A stretch of DNA of 64,000 nucleotides, from contig CAUVXB020000002.1 of assembly GCA_963555825.3 (NCBI GenBank), positions 864,001 through 928,000 of the forward strand, written 5' to 3'. Below, one piece after another: positions 52,300 to 61,075 of the stretch. Positions within the stretch are counted from its first letter, which is position 1, and each line of letters begins with the position of its first letter. This stretch comes from Alphaproteobacteria bacterium (lineage in GTDB: Bacteria; Pseudomonadota; Alphaproteobacteria; JAAXGF01). The notes below the pieces were generated by a model that saw nothing but the letters and a program-made list of their open reading frames with translations, made no database searches and was not told where the DNA came from. The position numbers were made by a program, and so were the translations under genes.

Positions 52300-52458
52300 T
52301 AAATAAAGAAGGGATTCGTTGTTGCGACGCGTTCGCACGAACTCAAAGCGGATTGATCTATATTAGTACCGATTTGAGACTATCGTTAACGCAAGGTGAT
52401 CGTTGGCGTTCCGGCCGCCACCGTGTATCTTTCGCGCACCCGTCGTCACGAGGTCCGC

Positions 52459-53241
52459 GTGTCCTGGCTCCATCTCGTCGTCTTGGCCGTTGTCCAGGGC
52501 ATCACCGAATTCCTGCCGATCAGCTCGCAGGGTCATCTGGTCCTGGTGCCCGCCGTCACCGGCTGGCCCGACCAGGGGCTGGCGATCGACGTCGCGGTGC
52601 ATGTCGGCACGCTGGCTGCGGTGACGGTCTATTTTCGACGCGACCTGTGCCGCATGGTGGTCGGTATCGCGCGCCGTGACGACGGCGGCAAGCTGGCCCT
52701 CCAAATCGCCGTGGCGACCGTGCCGGTCGTGCTCGCCGGCATCGCGCTCTTCGCGTTCGGCGCCGAACGACTGCGCAGCATCGAGGTGATCGGCTGGGCG
52801 ATGCTCGGCTTCGGCGTGGCTCTTTACGCCGTCGACAGGGTGTGCCCGGCGCGGCGCCGCCTCGAGCAGATGACGCTCGGCCCCGCCGTGCTGATCGGCC
52901 TCGCGCAAGTCCTCGCCTTGATCCCCGGCACCAGCCGCTCGGGCATCACCATGACCGCGGCGCGCGCGCTCGGCTTCGAACGGCGCGAGGCCGCCCGCTT
53001 CTCGATGCTGATGTCGATTCCGGTGATCATCGCCGCCGGCACGCTGCAGGCCGTCGCGCTCTACGGTACGGGCGATGCCGTGCCGACGGGAAGCGCAGCG
53101 ATCGCCGCGGCGCTGGCCTTCGTCACGGCGCTCGGCGCTATCGGCTTCCTGATGCGCTGGCTGACACGCGCGAGCTTTACGCCGTTCGTCGCCTATCGGG
53201 TCGTGCTCGGCGTCGCCCTGCTCGTCTGGGCCTACGCCTGA
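52459..53241 (+). CDS. uppP: Undecaprenyl-diphosphate phosphatase
   Basis: QGITEFLPISSQGH, ALIPGTSRSG, AARFSML. Confidence 0.95.
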   Translation: MSWLHLVVLAVVQGITEFLPISSQGHLVLVPAVTGWPDQGLAIDVAVHVGTLAAVTVYFRRDLCRMVVGIARRDDGGKLALQIAVATVPVVLAGIALFAFGAERLRSIEVIGWAMLGFGVALYAVDRVCPARRRLEQMTLGPAVLIGLAQVLALIPGTSRSGITMTAARALGFERREAARFSMLMSIPVIIAAGTLQAVALYGTGDAVPTGSAAIAAALAFVTALGAIGFLMRWLTRASFTPFVAYRVVLGVALLVWAYA

Positions 53242-53316
53242 GGCGCCGACCGCCGGTGCCGTTAGGCCAGCGTCCGCCAACCGCTCGCCCGGTGCCGTCG
53301 CGCGCCGCTTCCGCGG

Positions 53317-53345
53317 TTGACATCAACCGGGGCCAAGGCTACTTG
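53317..53345 (+). promoter_or_regulatory. Sigma70-type promoter of tRNA-Leu
   Basis: TTGACA-N17-TACTTG about 20 nt upstream of the tRNA. Confidence 0.6.
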
Positions 53346-53364
53346 ACGTCTTCGCCGTGTGAGA

Positions 53365-53451
53365 GCCCAGGTGGCGGAATTGGCAGACGCGCTAGCTTCA
53401 GGTGCTAGTGACCTTTTGGTCGTGGAAGTTCGAGTCTTCTCCTGGGCACCA
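53365..53451 (+). tRNA. tRNA-Leu(CAG)
   Basis: GCCCAGG/CCTGGGC acceptor stem, anticodon CAG at 53399-53401, long variable arm, GTTCGAG T-loop, encoded CCA. Confidence 0.97.
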
Positions 53452-53520
53452 CACGCCGGTTGGGCGCTGTAGCCGCGGCGCACACCGGCGCAACGCACCC
53501 GCCACGCGCACCGGAGTCCG

Positions 53521-54132
53521 ATGGCCAACTTTCTGCACAGGGGCGACCTGCCCGACGACGTCACGTTCGGCGCCTCCGTCGCCGTCGATTCCGAAACCAT
53601 GGGGCTCGATCCGCGGCGCGACCGGCTCTGTGTCGTGCAGCTTTCCGCCGGCGACGGCGACTGCCATCTCGTGCAGCTCGCACAAGGCGACTATGCGGCG
53701 CCCAACCTGAAGGCGCTGCTGACCGACGCGGACGTCACCAAGCTGTTCCATTTCGCGCGCTTCGACATCGCCGCGTTTCGCCACTATCTCGGCATCGTCT
53801 GCGCGCCAGTCTACTGCACCAAGATCGCCTCCAAGCTGGTGCGCACCTATACCGACCGCCACGGCCTCAAGGACCTGTGCCGCGACTTGCTTGGCGTCGA
53901 GCTGTCGAAACAGCAGCAGTCCTCGGACTGGGGCGCCGACGTGCTGAGCCCGGAGCAGCTCAGCTATGCCGCCTCGGATGTTCTCTATCTGCACCAGCTG
54001 CGCGAACGGCTCGACACGCTGGTGGCTCGCGAGGGGCGCGCCGAGATCGCCGCCGCCTGCTTCGCGTTTTTGCCGTGCCGCGCGGCGCTCGATCTGCTGG
54101 GCTGGGACGATCCCGACATCTTCCGTCATTGA
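53521..54132 (+). CDS. rnd: Ribonuclease D-like 3'-5' exonuclease
   Basis: AVDSET, FHFARFD, CTKIAS, QQSSDWG, YAASDV. Confidence 0.92.
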   Translation: MANFLHRGDLPDDVTFGASVAVDSETMGLDPRRDRLCVVQLSAGDGDCHLVQLAQGDYAAPNLKALLTDADVTKLFHFARFDIAAFRHYLGIVCAPVYCTKIASKLVRTYTDRHGLKDLCRDLLGVELSKQQQSSDWGADVLSPEQLSYAASDVLYLHQLRERLDTLVAREGRAEIAAACFAFLPCRAALDLLGWDDPDIFRH

Positions 54133-54253
54133 GTGTCCAACACGACACCGCGGACCGGCTCCTCGTGAATTCTATCCACGCGCGGTGTGCGATTGCGTTT
54201 CATGGATCGAGACCCCATACTTGTCTGCGTGCGGGCGAACAACGCGTCGCCTC

Positions 54254-54967
54254 ATGCACGACGTTGCGAAGCCGCCGTCTGGGCAATCCGGGTCCGGTGG
54301 TTGGTCACCGGCCGCAACCGATATGACAAGACCATCGATCGGCAGGACCATTAGACGTCGACAGCTCGCCGCGACCGGCGTGCGGTACAGCAATTTTGTC
54401 GGCTTGATGAAGGTGCTGTTGCCGACCGGCGCGGCGGCGCTGACCGCATTGGTCGTCGCGTGGCCCTTGCTCACCGGCCGCGACGAGGGTGTGCTGATCT
54501 CGTTTGCCAACGTCGAGTTCAGCGGGCCCGAAACGCCGCTGATGAGCAACGCGCGCTATTTCGCGACGGACGAGCGCGATCGACCGTTCAGCGTCACCGC
54601 CGACACCGTGACACAGGCGGCCGAGGACGAGGACACGGTCCACTTCACCGCGCCGAAGGCCGATATGCTGCTCGACAGCGGCGCCTGGGTCGCGCTGACC
54701 GCCGATCGCGGGACACTGCACCGCGCAACCAACACCATGATACTCGACGGCGCCGTGAACATCTTTTCCGACGAGGGTTACGAGTTCCGTACCGAGCACG
54801 CCGAAATCGATATCGACGCCAACACCGCCTGGGGCGATCAGCCGATCGAGGGCCAGGGGCCGCTTGGCACGCTCAACGCCGACACCTTCCGCCTCGACAA
54901 CGCGGCGGGCCGGTTATTGTTCGAGGGTCGCGTGCGCATGATTATTTACCCGAACGTGGAGTCGTGA
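54254..54967 (+). CDS. lptC: LPS export protein LptC (start uncertain, 54254 or 54323)
   Basis: YS.FV..MK..LP TM segment, beta-jellyroll-like repeats, position before lptA/lptB. Confidence 0.85.
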   Translation: MHDVAKPPSGQSGSGGWSPAATDMTRPSIGRTIRRRQLAATGVRYSNFVGLMKVLLPTGAAALTALVVAWPLLTGRDEGVLISFANVEFSGPETPLMSNARYFATDERDRPFSVTADTVTQAAEDEDTVHFTAPKADMLLDSGAWVALTADRGTLHRATNTMILDGAVNIFSDEGYEFRTEHAEIDIDANTAWGDQPIEGQGPLGTLNADTFRLDNAAGRLLFEGRVRMIIYPNVES

Positions 54968-54968
54968 C

Positions 54969-55517
54969 GTGAGCTTCGCCATGACATGCCACCGCCGCCG
55001 CGCGATCTTTGCCATCGGCTTGCTGGCTGCCGTATCGACCATCGGCGCGTCGGCATTCGGCCAGCTCGAACTCGGCGGCGGCCATGACGCCAACCAACCG
55101 ATCGAGATCACCGCCGATTCGCTCGAGGTGCAGCAGGAAAATCAGCTGGCGATATTCCGCGGCACGGTCGACGCCGTGCAGGGCGAGATGAACCTGCGCG
55201 CCGACGTCCTCGTCGTGCATTACCGGCCGCGCGAGGACAATCAGAATTCGATCTCGCTGATCGAGGCCGAGGGCAACGTGTTCGTGTCATCGCCCAACGA
55301 GATGGCGCAGGGCGACCGCGGCACCTACCACGTCGATGCCCAGCGCGTCGAGTTGGACGGCTCGGTCGTCTTGACCCAAGGCGAGAACGTCATCCGCGGC
55401 GACCATTTGGAGTTGAACCTGGCGACCGGTCAGAGCAAGATGGCGAGTGCGGCATCGGCGGACGGCGGCAAGCAGCGCGTCAAGGCCATATTCGTGCCCG
55501 AGTCGGAGCCGCAGTAG
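54969..55517 (+). CDS. lptA: LPS transport periplasmic protein LptA
   Basis: Signal peptide, PIEITAD.L, F.G.V.A.QG, RVKAIF. Confidence 0.9.
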   Translation: MSFAMTCHRRRAIFAIGLLAAVSTIGASAFGQLELGGGHDANQPIEITADSLEVQQENQLAIFRGTVDAVQGEMNLRADVLVVHYRPREDNQNSISLIEAEGNVFVSSPNEMAQGDRGTYHVDAQRVELDGSVVLTQGENVIRGDHLELNLATGQSKMASAASADGGKQRVKAIFVPESEPQ

Positions 55518-55550
55518 TCGAGGCCAGAGTAACAACGTGCCAGGGTCCAG

Positions 55551-56351
55551 GTGAGCGACACAACGAATTCAGGCGAGCCATCGCCAGAGGCCGAACCGGC
55601 CGACGCCGCACCGCGGCTGGTCACCGCCAACAGCGGTCTTCGCGCCGAAAATCTGGGCAAACAGTACCGCTCGCGCCCTGTGCTGCGCGACGTCAACCTC
55701 TCGCTGCAGCGTGGCGAGGCGGTCGGTCTCCTGGGCCCCAACGGCGCTGGCAAGACGACCTGCTTCTACCTGATCACCGGCCTGATCACGCCCGATTACG
55801 GCGCCATTTCGCTCGATGGCCAAGACATCACCGAGCTGCCGATGTACCGTCGTTCGCGCCTCGGCATCGGCTACCTGCCACAGGAGGCGTCGATATTCCG
55901 CGGCCTTTCGGTCGAGAACAACATCCGCGCCGTGCTCGAGATCGTCGAACCGGTCCACGAGCGGCGCGAGGCGATGCTCGACGATCTCCTGGCCGAATTT
56001 TCGATCAGCCACCTCAGGCGCACGCCGTCGCTCGCGCTGTCGGGCGGTGAGCGGCGCCGCGTCGAAATTGCCCGCGCGCTCGCATCGCAGCCGAGCTTCA
56101 TGCTGCTCGACGAGCCACTAGCTGGCATCGACCCGATCGCGGTCGGTGAAATCCGCAACCTGGTCTCGCACCTCAAAGACCGCGGCATCGGCGTCCTGAT
56201 CACCGACCACAACGTGCGCGAGACGCTCGACATCGTCGACCGCGCCTACATCCTTCACGAAGGCATGGTGCTGATGGAGGGCGCGCCGACCGAGATCGTT
56301 GCCCACAAGGATGTCCGTCGGGTCTACCTGGGCGACCGCTTCAGCCTTTAG
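55551..56351 (+). CDS. lptB: LPS export ABC ATPase LptB
   Basis: GPNGAGKTT, YLPQEASIF, LSGGERRR, ITDHNVRETL, VYLG..F. Confidence 0.97.
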   Translation: MSDTTNSGEPSPEAEPADAAPRLVTANSGLRAENLGKQYRSRPVLRDVNLSLQRGEAVGLLGPNGAGKTTCFYLITGLITPDYGAISLDGQDITELPMYRRSRLGIGYLPQEASIFRGLSVENNIRAVLEIVEPVHERREAMLDDLLAEFSISHLRRTPSLALSGGERRRVEIARALASQPSFMLLDEPLAGIDPIAVGEIRNLVSHLKDRGIGVLITDHNVRETLDIVDRAYILHEGMVLMEGAPTEIVAHKDVRRVYLGDRFSL

Positions 56352-56361
56352 AGGTTCCGGC

Positions 56362-57675
56362 ATGGCGACCGGTGTGCGTCTCGGCCTGCGCCAGAGCCAG
56401 AGCCAGACCCTGGCACTGACGCCACAGCTCAAACAGGCGATCAAACTTCTCCAGCTGTCGAGCCTCGAACTCTCGGCTTATGTTGCCGAGGCGTTGGATC
56501 AAAACCCTCTGCTCGAACGCGATGGGCCGATCGATGCCGGTCGCCGGCCGGACAGCGGCGACGCCATCGACCGGACGCCGGCGCCCGACGCGAGCCTGAC
56601 CGATCACCTGCGCGGCCAGCTCGCCTTCGCGGTGCTCGGCGCCGGTGAACGGGCGATTGGCGCCCGGCTGATCGAAGCGCTCGACGAGGCCGGCTATTTG
56701 ACCGAAGACCCGGCGTCGCTCGCCGCGCCGCTCGGCTGCGGCGTCGCGGATATCGAGGCGGTGATGGTCACGCTAAGGCGCTTCGATCCGCCCGGCGTGT
56801 TCGCGCGCGACCTCGCCGACTGCCTGGCGCTGCAGCTCGCCGAGGCCGGCAAACTCGACGCGCCGATGGCCGCGCTACTCGACAATCTCGACTTGGTCGC
56901 CACGCATCGCAGCGACGCGCTTTGCCGGCGCTGCGCCGTCGACGCCGCGCGCCTTGCCGACATGCTCGATGAATTGCGCGCGCTCGACCCCAAACCGGGC
57001 CGCGCCTTCGAAGCGACCGAAGTGTTGGCGATCCGGCCCGACGTGCTGGTGACGCGCGATGGGCGCGGCGGCTGGCGGGTCGAACCCAACGGCGATGCGC
57101 TGCCCCGCCTCCTGGTCAACCGCCGCTACCAAGCCATGGTCAAGCGCCAGGCCAGGACGCGCGACGACAAGACCTATCTCCGCGAGCGGCTGAGCGCGGC
57201 CAACTGGCTGGTGCGCACGCTCGACCAGCGCGCCGACACGATCGAGCGCATCGCCACCGAGATCGTCGGCCGACAGGCGGCGTTTTTCGAGCATGGCGTC
57301 GAGCGTCTCGCGCCCCTGGTGCTGCGCGACGTCGCGGCGGCGCTCGACGTCCACGAGAGCACGGTGAGCCGCGCCACCGCAAACAAATATATGGCGACGC
57401 CGCGCGGCACGCTGGCCATGCGCTTCTTCTTCACCTCGGGCCTCGCCGCCGTCGACGGCGCGCCCAAGGCGGTTTCGTCGGCCGCCGCGCGCCATCACAT
57501 CAAGGCGGCGGTCGAGGGCGAGACTGCCGGCGATATTCTGTCCGACGACCGCCTCGTTGGTCATTTACGCAGCAAAGGAATCGACATCGCCCGGCGCACC
57601 GTGGCAAAATACCGGGACGCGATGCACATTCCGTCGTCGACGGTTCGGCGACGCATGAAGAAACCATTACGTTAA
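56362..57675 (+). CDS. rpoN: RNA polymerase sigma-54 factor
   Basis: LTPQLKQAIKLLQL, HESTVSRA, RpoN box ARRTVAKYR. Confidence 0.95.
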   Translation: MATGVRLGLRQSQSQTLALTPQLKQAIKLLQLSSLELSAYVAEALDQNPLLERDGPIDAGRRPDSGDAIDRTPAPDASLTDHLRGQLAFAVLGAGERAIGARLIEALDEAGYLTEDPASLAAPLGCGVADIEAVMVTLRRFDPPGVFARDLADCLALQLAEAGKLDAPMAALLDNLDLVATHRSDALCRRCAVDAARLADMLDELRALDPKPGRAFEATEVLAIRPDVLVTRDGRGGWRVEPNGDALPRLLVNRRYQAMVKRQARTRDDKTYLRERLSAANWLVRTLDQRADTIERIATEIVGRQAAFFEHGVERLAPLVLRDVAAALDVHESTVSRATANKYMATPRGTLAMRFFFTSGLAAVDGAPKAVSSAAARHHIKAAVEGETAGDILSDDRLVGHLRSKGIDIARRTVAKYRDAMHIPSSTVRRRMKKPLR

Positions 57676-57845
57676 GCGGTCGGAACGGTTGACCGACCGT
57701 ATTGTGCGGTGCAGTACGCGCTATTGACTCGCGGTGACGTCGGGAACTATGTTCCTCGCCTTTCGCGGCGGGCGTGCTGAGCCCCAATCCTTGTAATCGG
57801 CGTAGGTTCGACGATCGAGCCGTCAGTGATTGGAATTCCGTTGGC

Positions 57846-58178
57846 ATGCAAATAACCGTTACCGGTCATCAAATCGATGTCGGCAGGGCACTGCACGATC
57901 ACGTGCAGGAGCGGCTCGGCGACGGCGTCGACAAGTATTTTGACGATGCGATCGAGGGCCACGTCGCGTTCTCGCGCGAGGGCCCCAAGTTTCGCACCCA
58001 TATCAAGGTTCACGTCGGCAGGGGCATGGCGTGGGAAGGCCAGGCCGACCACGCCGACATCCACGTCAGCTTCAACGAAGCGGTGGCACATATCGAAAAA
58101 CAGCTGAGACGGCACAAGCGCAAACGGCGCGACCACGCGCGTGGTCGCGAGGCCGCCGCCGGTCTCGGCGGGGAATGA
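57846..58178 (+). CDS. hpf: Ribosome hibernation promoting factor, short form (110 aa)
   Basis: MQI.VTG..IDV..AL, KYF, IEKQLRR.K, position between rpoN and ptsN. Confidence 0.9.
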   Translation: MQITVTGHQIDVGRALHDHVQERLGDGVDKYFDDAIEGHVAFSREGPKFRTHIKVHVGRGMAWEGQADHADIHVSFNEAVAHIEKQLRRHKRKRRDHARGREAAAGLGGE

Positions 58179-58193
58179 GAGCGGAAACACGCC

Positions 58194-58658
58194 ATGGAAA
58201 TCGTTGATCTTGTCGCGCCCGAGGGCGTCGTCGCCAAACTCAAGGCGACCAGCAAGAAACAGGCCCTTCAGGTGCTGGCGCAGCGCGCCGCGAAGATCGT
58301 CGGGCTGCATGAGCGGGCGATCTTCGGCACGCTCTTGGAGCGCGAGCGCCTGGGCACCACGGGCGTCGGTGTCGGCATCGCCATCCCGCACGGCAAGCTG
58401 ACCGATCTCGACCGCCTGCATGGCTTGTTCGCGCGGCTCGATACGCCGATCGACTTCGACGCCATCGACGATCAGCCGGTCGATCTGATCTTTCTTCTGC
58501 TGGCGCCCGAATCGGCCGGCGCCGAACATCTCAAGGCGCTCGCCCGCGTCTCGCGCCTGCTGCGCGACAAGCAGTTGTGCGACAAATTGCGCGGCACCGA
58601 CAACGCCGAGGCGCTCTACGCACTGTTGACCGAACAGTCGGCGAGCCACGCGGCCTGA
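58194..58658 (+). CDS. ptsN: PTS IIA-Ntr
   Basis: RERLGTTGVG.GIAIPH, DFDAIDDQPVDL, HLKALA. Confidence 0.96.
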   Translation: MEIVDLVAPEGVVAKLKATSKKQALQVLAQRAAKIVGLHERAIFGTLLERERLGTTGVGVGIAIPHGKLTDLDRLHGLFARLDTPIDFDAIDDQPVDLIFLLLAPESAGAEHLKALARVSRLLRDKQLCDKLRGTDNAEALYALLTEQSASHAA

Positions 58659-58719
58659 GCCGCGATGGCGCGCGCCGCGCGCCGCGATTGACAGCGCCCC
58701 GAGCGCATTCCACCCTATA

Positions 58720-58982
58720 TACCTAGGATCAATGATAAAGACCCCTAGAGACGGCTTCCCGTGGTTTTCGGCTAGGCGTGCCCGTCGCGGCGATGCCTTG
58801 GCATCGCAAGATGGGGGCAACGACGACCGAGAGCCTCGGCAAGCCGCCCTTCGGGTCGCGGCCGCTTATCGCCGGAGGGCGTCAGGAAGACTAGCCGATG
58901 CGCTGCATCGCCTGCGGCTCCCTTGCCTCACCGGCGAAAAGCGGACGCGATCTCTAGGGGCCTTTATCACTGATCCTTGGTA
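58720..58982 (+). mobile_element. Non-coding MITE-like palindromic element, copy 1 (263 bp)
   Basis: About 31-bp TIRs TACCTAGGATCAATGATAAAGACCCCTAGAGA / TCTCTAGGGGCCTTTATCACTGATCCTTGGTA, internal hairpins, homologous to 59414-59711. Confidence 0.85.
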
Positions 58983-58989
58983 TTACGCG

Positions 58990-59442
58990 ATGGACCAACA
59001 AGTCCACGGCACCTGTGTTGCGATCGATGGCGCCGGCGTGCTGTTGCGCGGGCCGTCGGGCTGCGGCAAGTCGGATCTGGCGCTGCGCCTGATCGACGGC
59101 GGCGCCGTACTGGTTGCCGACGACCGCGTGTCGCTCGAGGCCCGGGCGGGCGATCTGGTGGCCAGTGTCCCCGATGCGCTCGCCGGCCTCCTCGAGGTGC
59201 GCGGCGTCGGCATCGAGCGGCTCGATGCCGCCGCGCGAGCCACCCTGCGTCTCGTCGTCGACCTCGTCGCGCGCGAGACGGTCGAGCGGTTGCCCGAGCC
59301 GGCGGTCGCCGAGCTCTGCGGCGTCGCAGTGCCGCTCATGCGGCTCGATCCCTTCGAAGCCTCGGCGCCGGCCAAGCTGCGCCTTGCCGTCAAGGCCGGG
59401 TGCCACGGTATAATTCCAAGGATCAGTGATAAAGACGCATAG
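58990..59442 (+). CDS. hprK: HPr kinase/phosphorylase (short alphaproteobacterial type)
   Basis: VHGTCVAI, GPSGCGKSDLAL, LVADD, GLLEVRGVGI. Stop codon lies inside MITE copy 2. Confidence 0.92.
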   Translation: MDQQVHGTCVAIDGAGVLLRGPSGCGKSDLALRLIDGGAVLVADDRVSLEARAGDLVASVPDALAGLLEVRGVGIERLDAAARATLRLVVDLVARETVERLPEPAVAELCGVAVPLMRLDPFEASAPAKLRLAVKAGCHGIIPRISDKDA

Positions 59443-59711
59443 AGATCGCGTCCGCTTTTCGCCGGTGAGGCAAGGGAGCCGCAGGCGATGCAGCGCATCG
59501 GCTAGGCAACCTGGCGCCCGCCGGCGATAAGCGGCCGCGACCCGAAGGGCGGCTTGCCGAGGCTCTCGCCCGCTATCAGACTGGCGGACGTCGTTGCGCC
59601 CGCCTTGCGATGCCCCTCCTATTGCCATACATGGGCATCGCGGCGGCGGGCGCGCCTAGCCGAGAACCACGGCAAGCCGTCTCTATGGGTCTTTATCACT
59701 GGTCCTTGGTA
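59414..59711 (-). mobile_element. Non-coding MITE-like palindromic element, copy 2 (298 bp, inverted)
   Basis: TIRs TTCCAAGGATCAGTGATAAAGACGCATAGAGA / TCTCTATGGGTCTTTATCACTGGTCCTTGGTA, two internal insertions relative to copy 1. Confidence 0.85.
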
Positions 59712-59721
59712 TAGTGCACCG

Positions 59722-60621
59722 ATGAGCGTCCCGGACCGATCCAAGCGCGCCGCCCGGCGCCGCACCCGCCTGGTGTTGGTAACCGGCATGTCGGGGGCGG
59801 GTAAGTCGACTGTGCTGAAGGCCTTCGAAGACATCGGCTATGAGGCCGTCGACAACCCGCCGCTGCCACTGCTGGCCAGCCTGGTGGGTCCCGACGCGGC
59901 GCGCGGCGCCGCGCTCGCCGTGGACATCGACGTGCGCACGCGCGACTTCTCGGCCGACGCCCTGCGCGACGCGGTGGCGCCGATCTTCGCGCGCGACGAC
60001 GTCGACGCGCGGCTCTTGTTCGTCGATTGCGAGGACGAGGTGCTGCGCCGCCGCTTCACCGAGACGCGACGCCGTCACCCGCTCGCCGACGACCGGCCGG
60101 TGATCGACGGCATCCGCCGCGAGCGCGGGCTGATCGAGGGCCTGCGCGCCAACGCCGACCTGACGCTCGACACCACCGAGCTCGGCGTCGCCGAGCTCAG
60201 GCGCCTCGTCGCCGGCCATTTCGCACTCGACGACCGGCCGACGCTGACCATCTCGGTGATGTCGTTTTCCTTTGCGCAAGGCTTGCCGCGCGAGGCCGAC
60301 CTGGTGTTCGACGTCCGCTTTCTGGCCAACCCGCACTACGTCGACGATCTCCGGCCGCTCACCGGGCGCGACGCGGCGGTCGGCGCCTATATCGCCCAGG
60401 ATCCGGGCTACCAACCCTTCTTCGACAGCCTGACCGCGATGCTCGTGCCGCTCTTGCCGCGCTTCGAGGGCGAGGGTAAGAGCTACCTGACGATCGCCGT
60501 CGGCTGCACCGGCGGACGGCACCGCTCGGTCTTTGTCGCCGAGCGCATCGCCGAGCTGCTCGGCGCCGCGGGACGCCCGTGCCAACCGCGCCACCGCGAC
60601 CTGGCGCGCGATCCGGGTTAA
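59722..60621 (+). CDS. rapZ: RNase adapter RapZ
   Basis: TGMSGAGKS, FTETRRRHPL, DVRFL.NPHY, GCTGGRHRSV. Confidence 0.96.
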   Translation: MSVPDRSKRAARRRTRLVLVTGMSGAGKSTVLKAFEDIGYEAVDNPPLPLLASLVGPDAARGAALAVDIDVRTRDFSADALRDAVAPIFARDDVDARLLFVDCEDEVLRRRFTETRRRHPLADDRPVIDGIRRERGLIEGLRANADLTLDTTELGVAELRRLVAGHFALDDRPTLTISVMSFSFAQGLPREADLVFDVRFLANPHYVDDLRPLTGRDAAVGAYIAQDPGYQPFFDSLTAMLVPLLPRFEGEGKSYLTIAVGCTGGRHRSVFVAERIAELLGAAGRPCQPRHRDLARDPG

Positions 60622-60639
60622 TGCCGAGGATTCTTGGTA
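60622..60639. repeat. 18-bp collapsed MITE remnant flanked by TAA direct repeats
   Basis: TAA|TGCCGAGGATTCTTGGTA|TAA resembles the fused outer ends of the MITE TIRs. Confidence 0.6.
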
Positions 60640-60670
60640 TAAGATCGAAAGAAATCGACGGGGGAACGTC

Positions 60671-61075
60671 ATGATCGGACTGGTGCTGGTGACCCACGGC
60701 AGGCTCGCCGATGAACTGATCGCCGCGACCGAGCACATCGTCGGCGCGCAACGCAACTTCCGCGCCGTCTGCATCGGGCCCGACGACGACATGGAACAGC
60801 GCCGCGACGATATCTTGAACGCGGTCACCGAGGTCGACAGCGGGGCCGGTGCGATCGTGCTGACCGACATGTTCGGCGGTACGCCGTCGAACCTGGCGAT
60901 CTCGATCATGGACAAGGCCAAGGTCGAAGTCATCGCCGGCGTCAACCTGCCCATGCTGGTCAAGCTTGCGAGCGTGCGCGAGAGCGAGTCGCTCGGCGAC
61001 GCGGTGGCCAGCGCGCAGGAGGCCGGCCGCAAATACATCAACGTCGCGAGTGCCCTGCTCGGCAACCAGAAATGA
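60671..61075 (+). CDS. manX: PTS EIIA mannose/fructose-type component
   Basis: LVTHG.LA, LTDMFGGTPSN, GVNLPML. Confidence 0.92.
   Translation: MIGLVLVTHGRLADELIAATEHIVGAQRNFRAVCIGPDDDMEQRRDDILNAVTEVDSGAGAIVLTDMFGGTPSNLAISIMDKAKVEVIAGVNLPMLVKLASVRESESLGDAVASAQEAGRKYINVASALLGNQK

Noticed and set aside
53365-53451. tRNA-Leu as integration site of the ICE relic
   Set aside because: No duplicated tRNA 3' end seen in the window and the flanking genes are core
58732-58989. N-terminal extensions of HprK (and of RapZ from 59554)
   Set aside because: Open frames through the MITE. Conserved sequence begins at ATG 58990 and ATG 59722.
58720-59711. Invertible hprK switch between the inverted MITE copies
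   Set aside because: hprK is in its usual operon orientation, the flanks do not show a swapped-TSD pattern and no recombinase is adjacent
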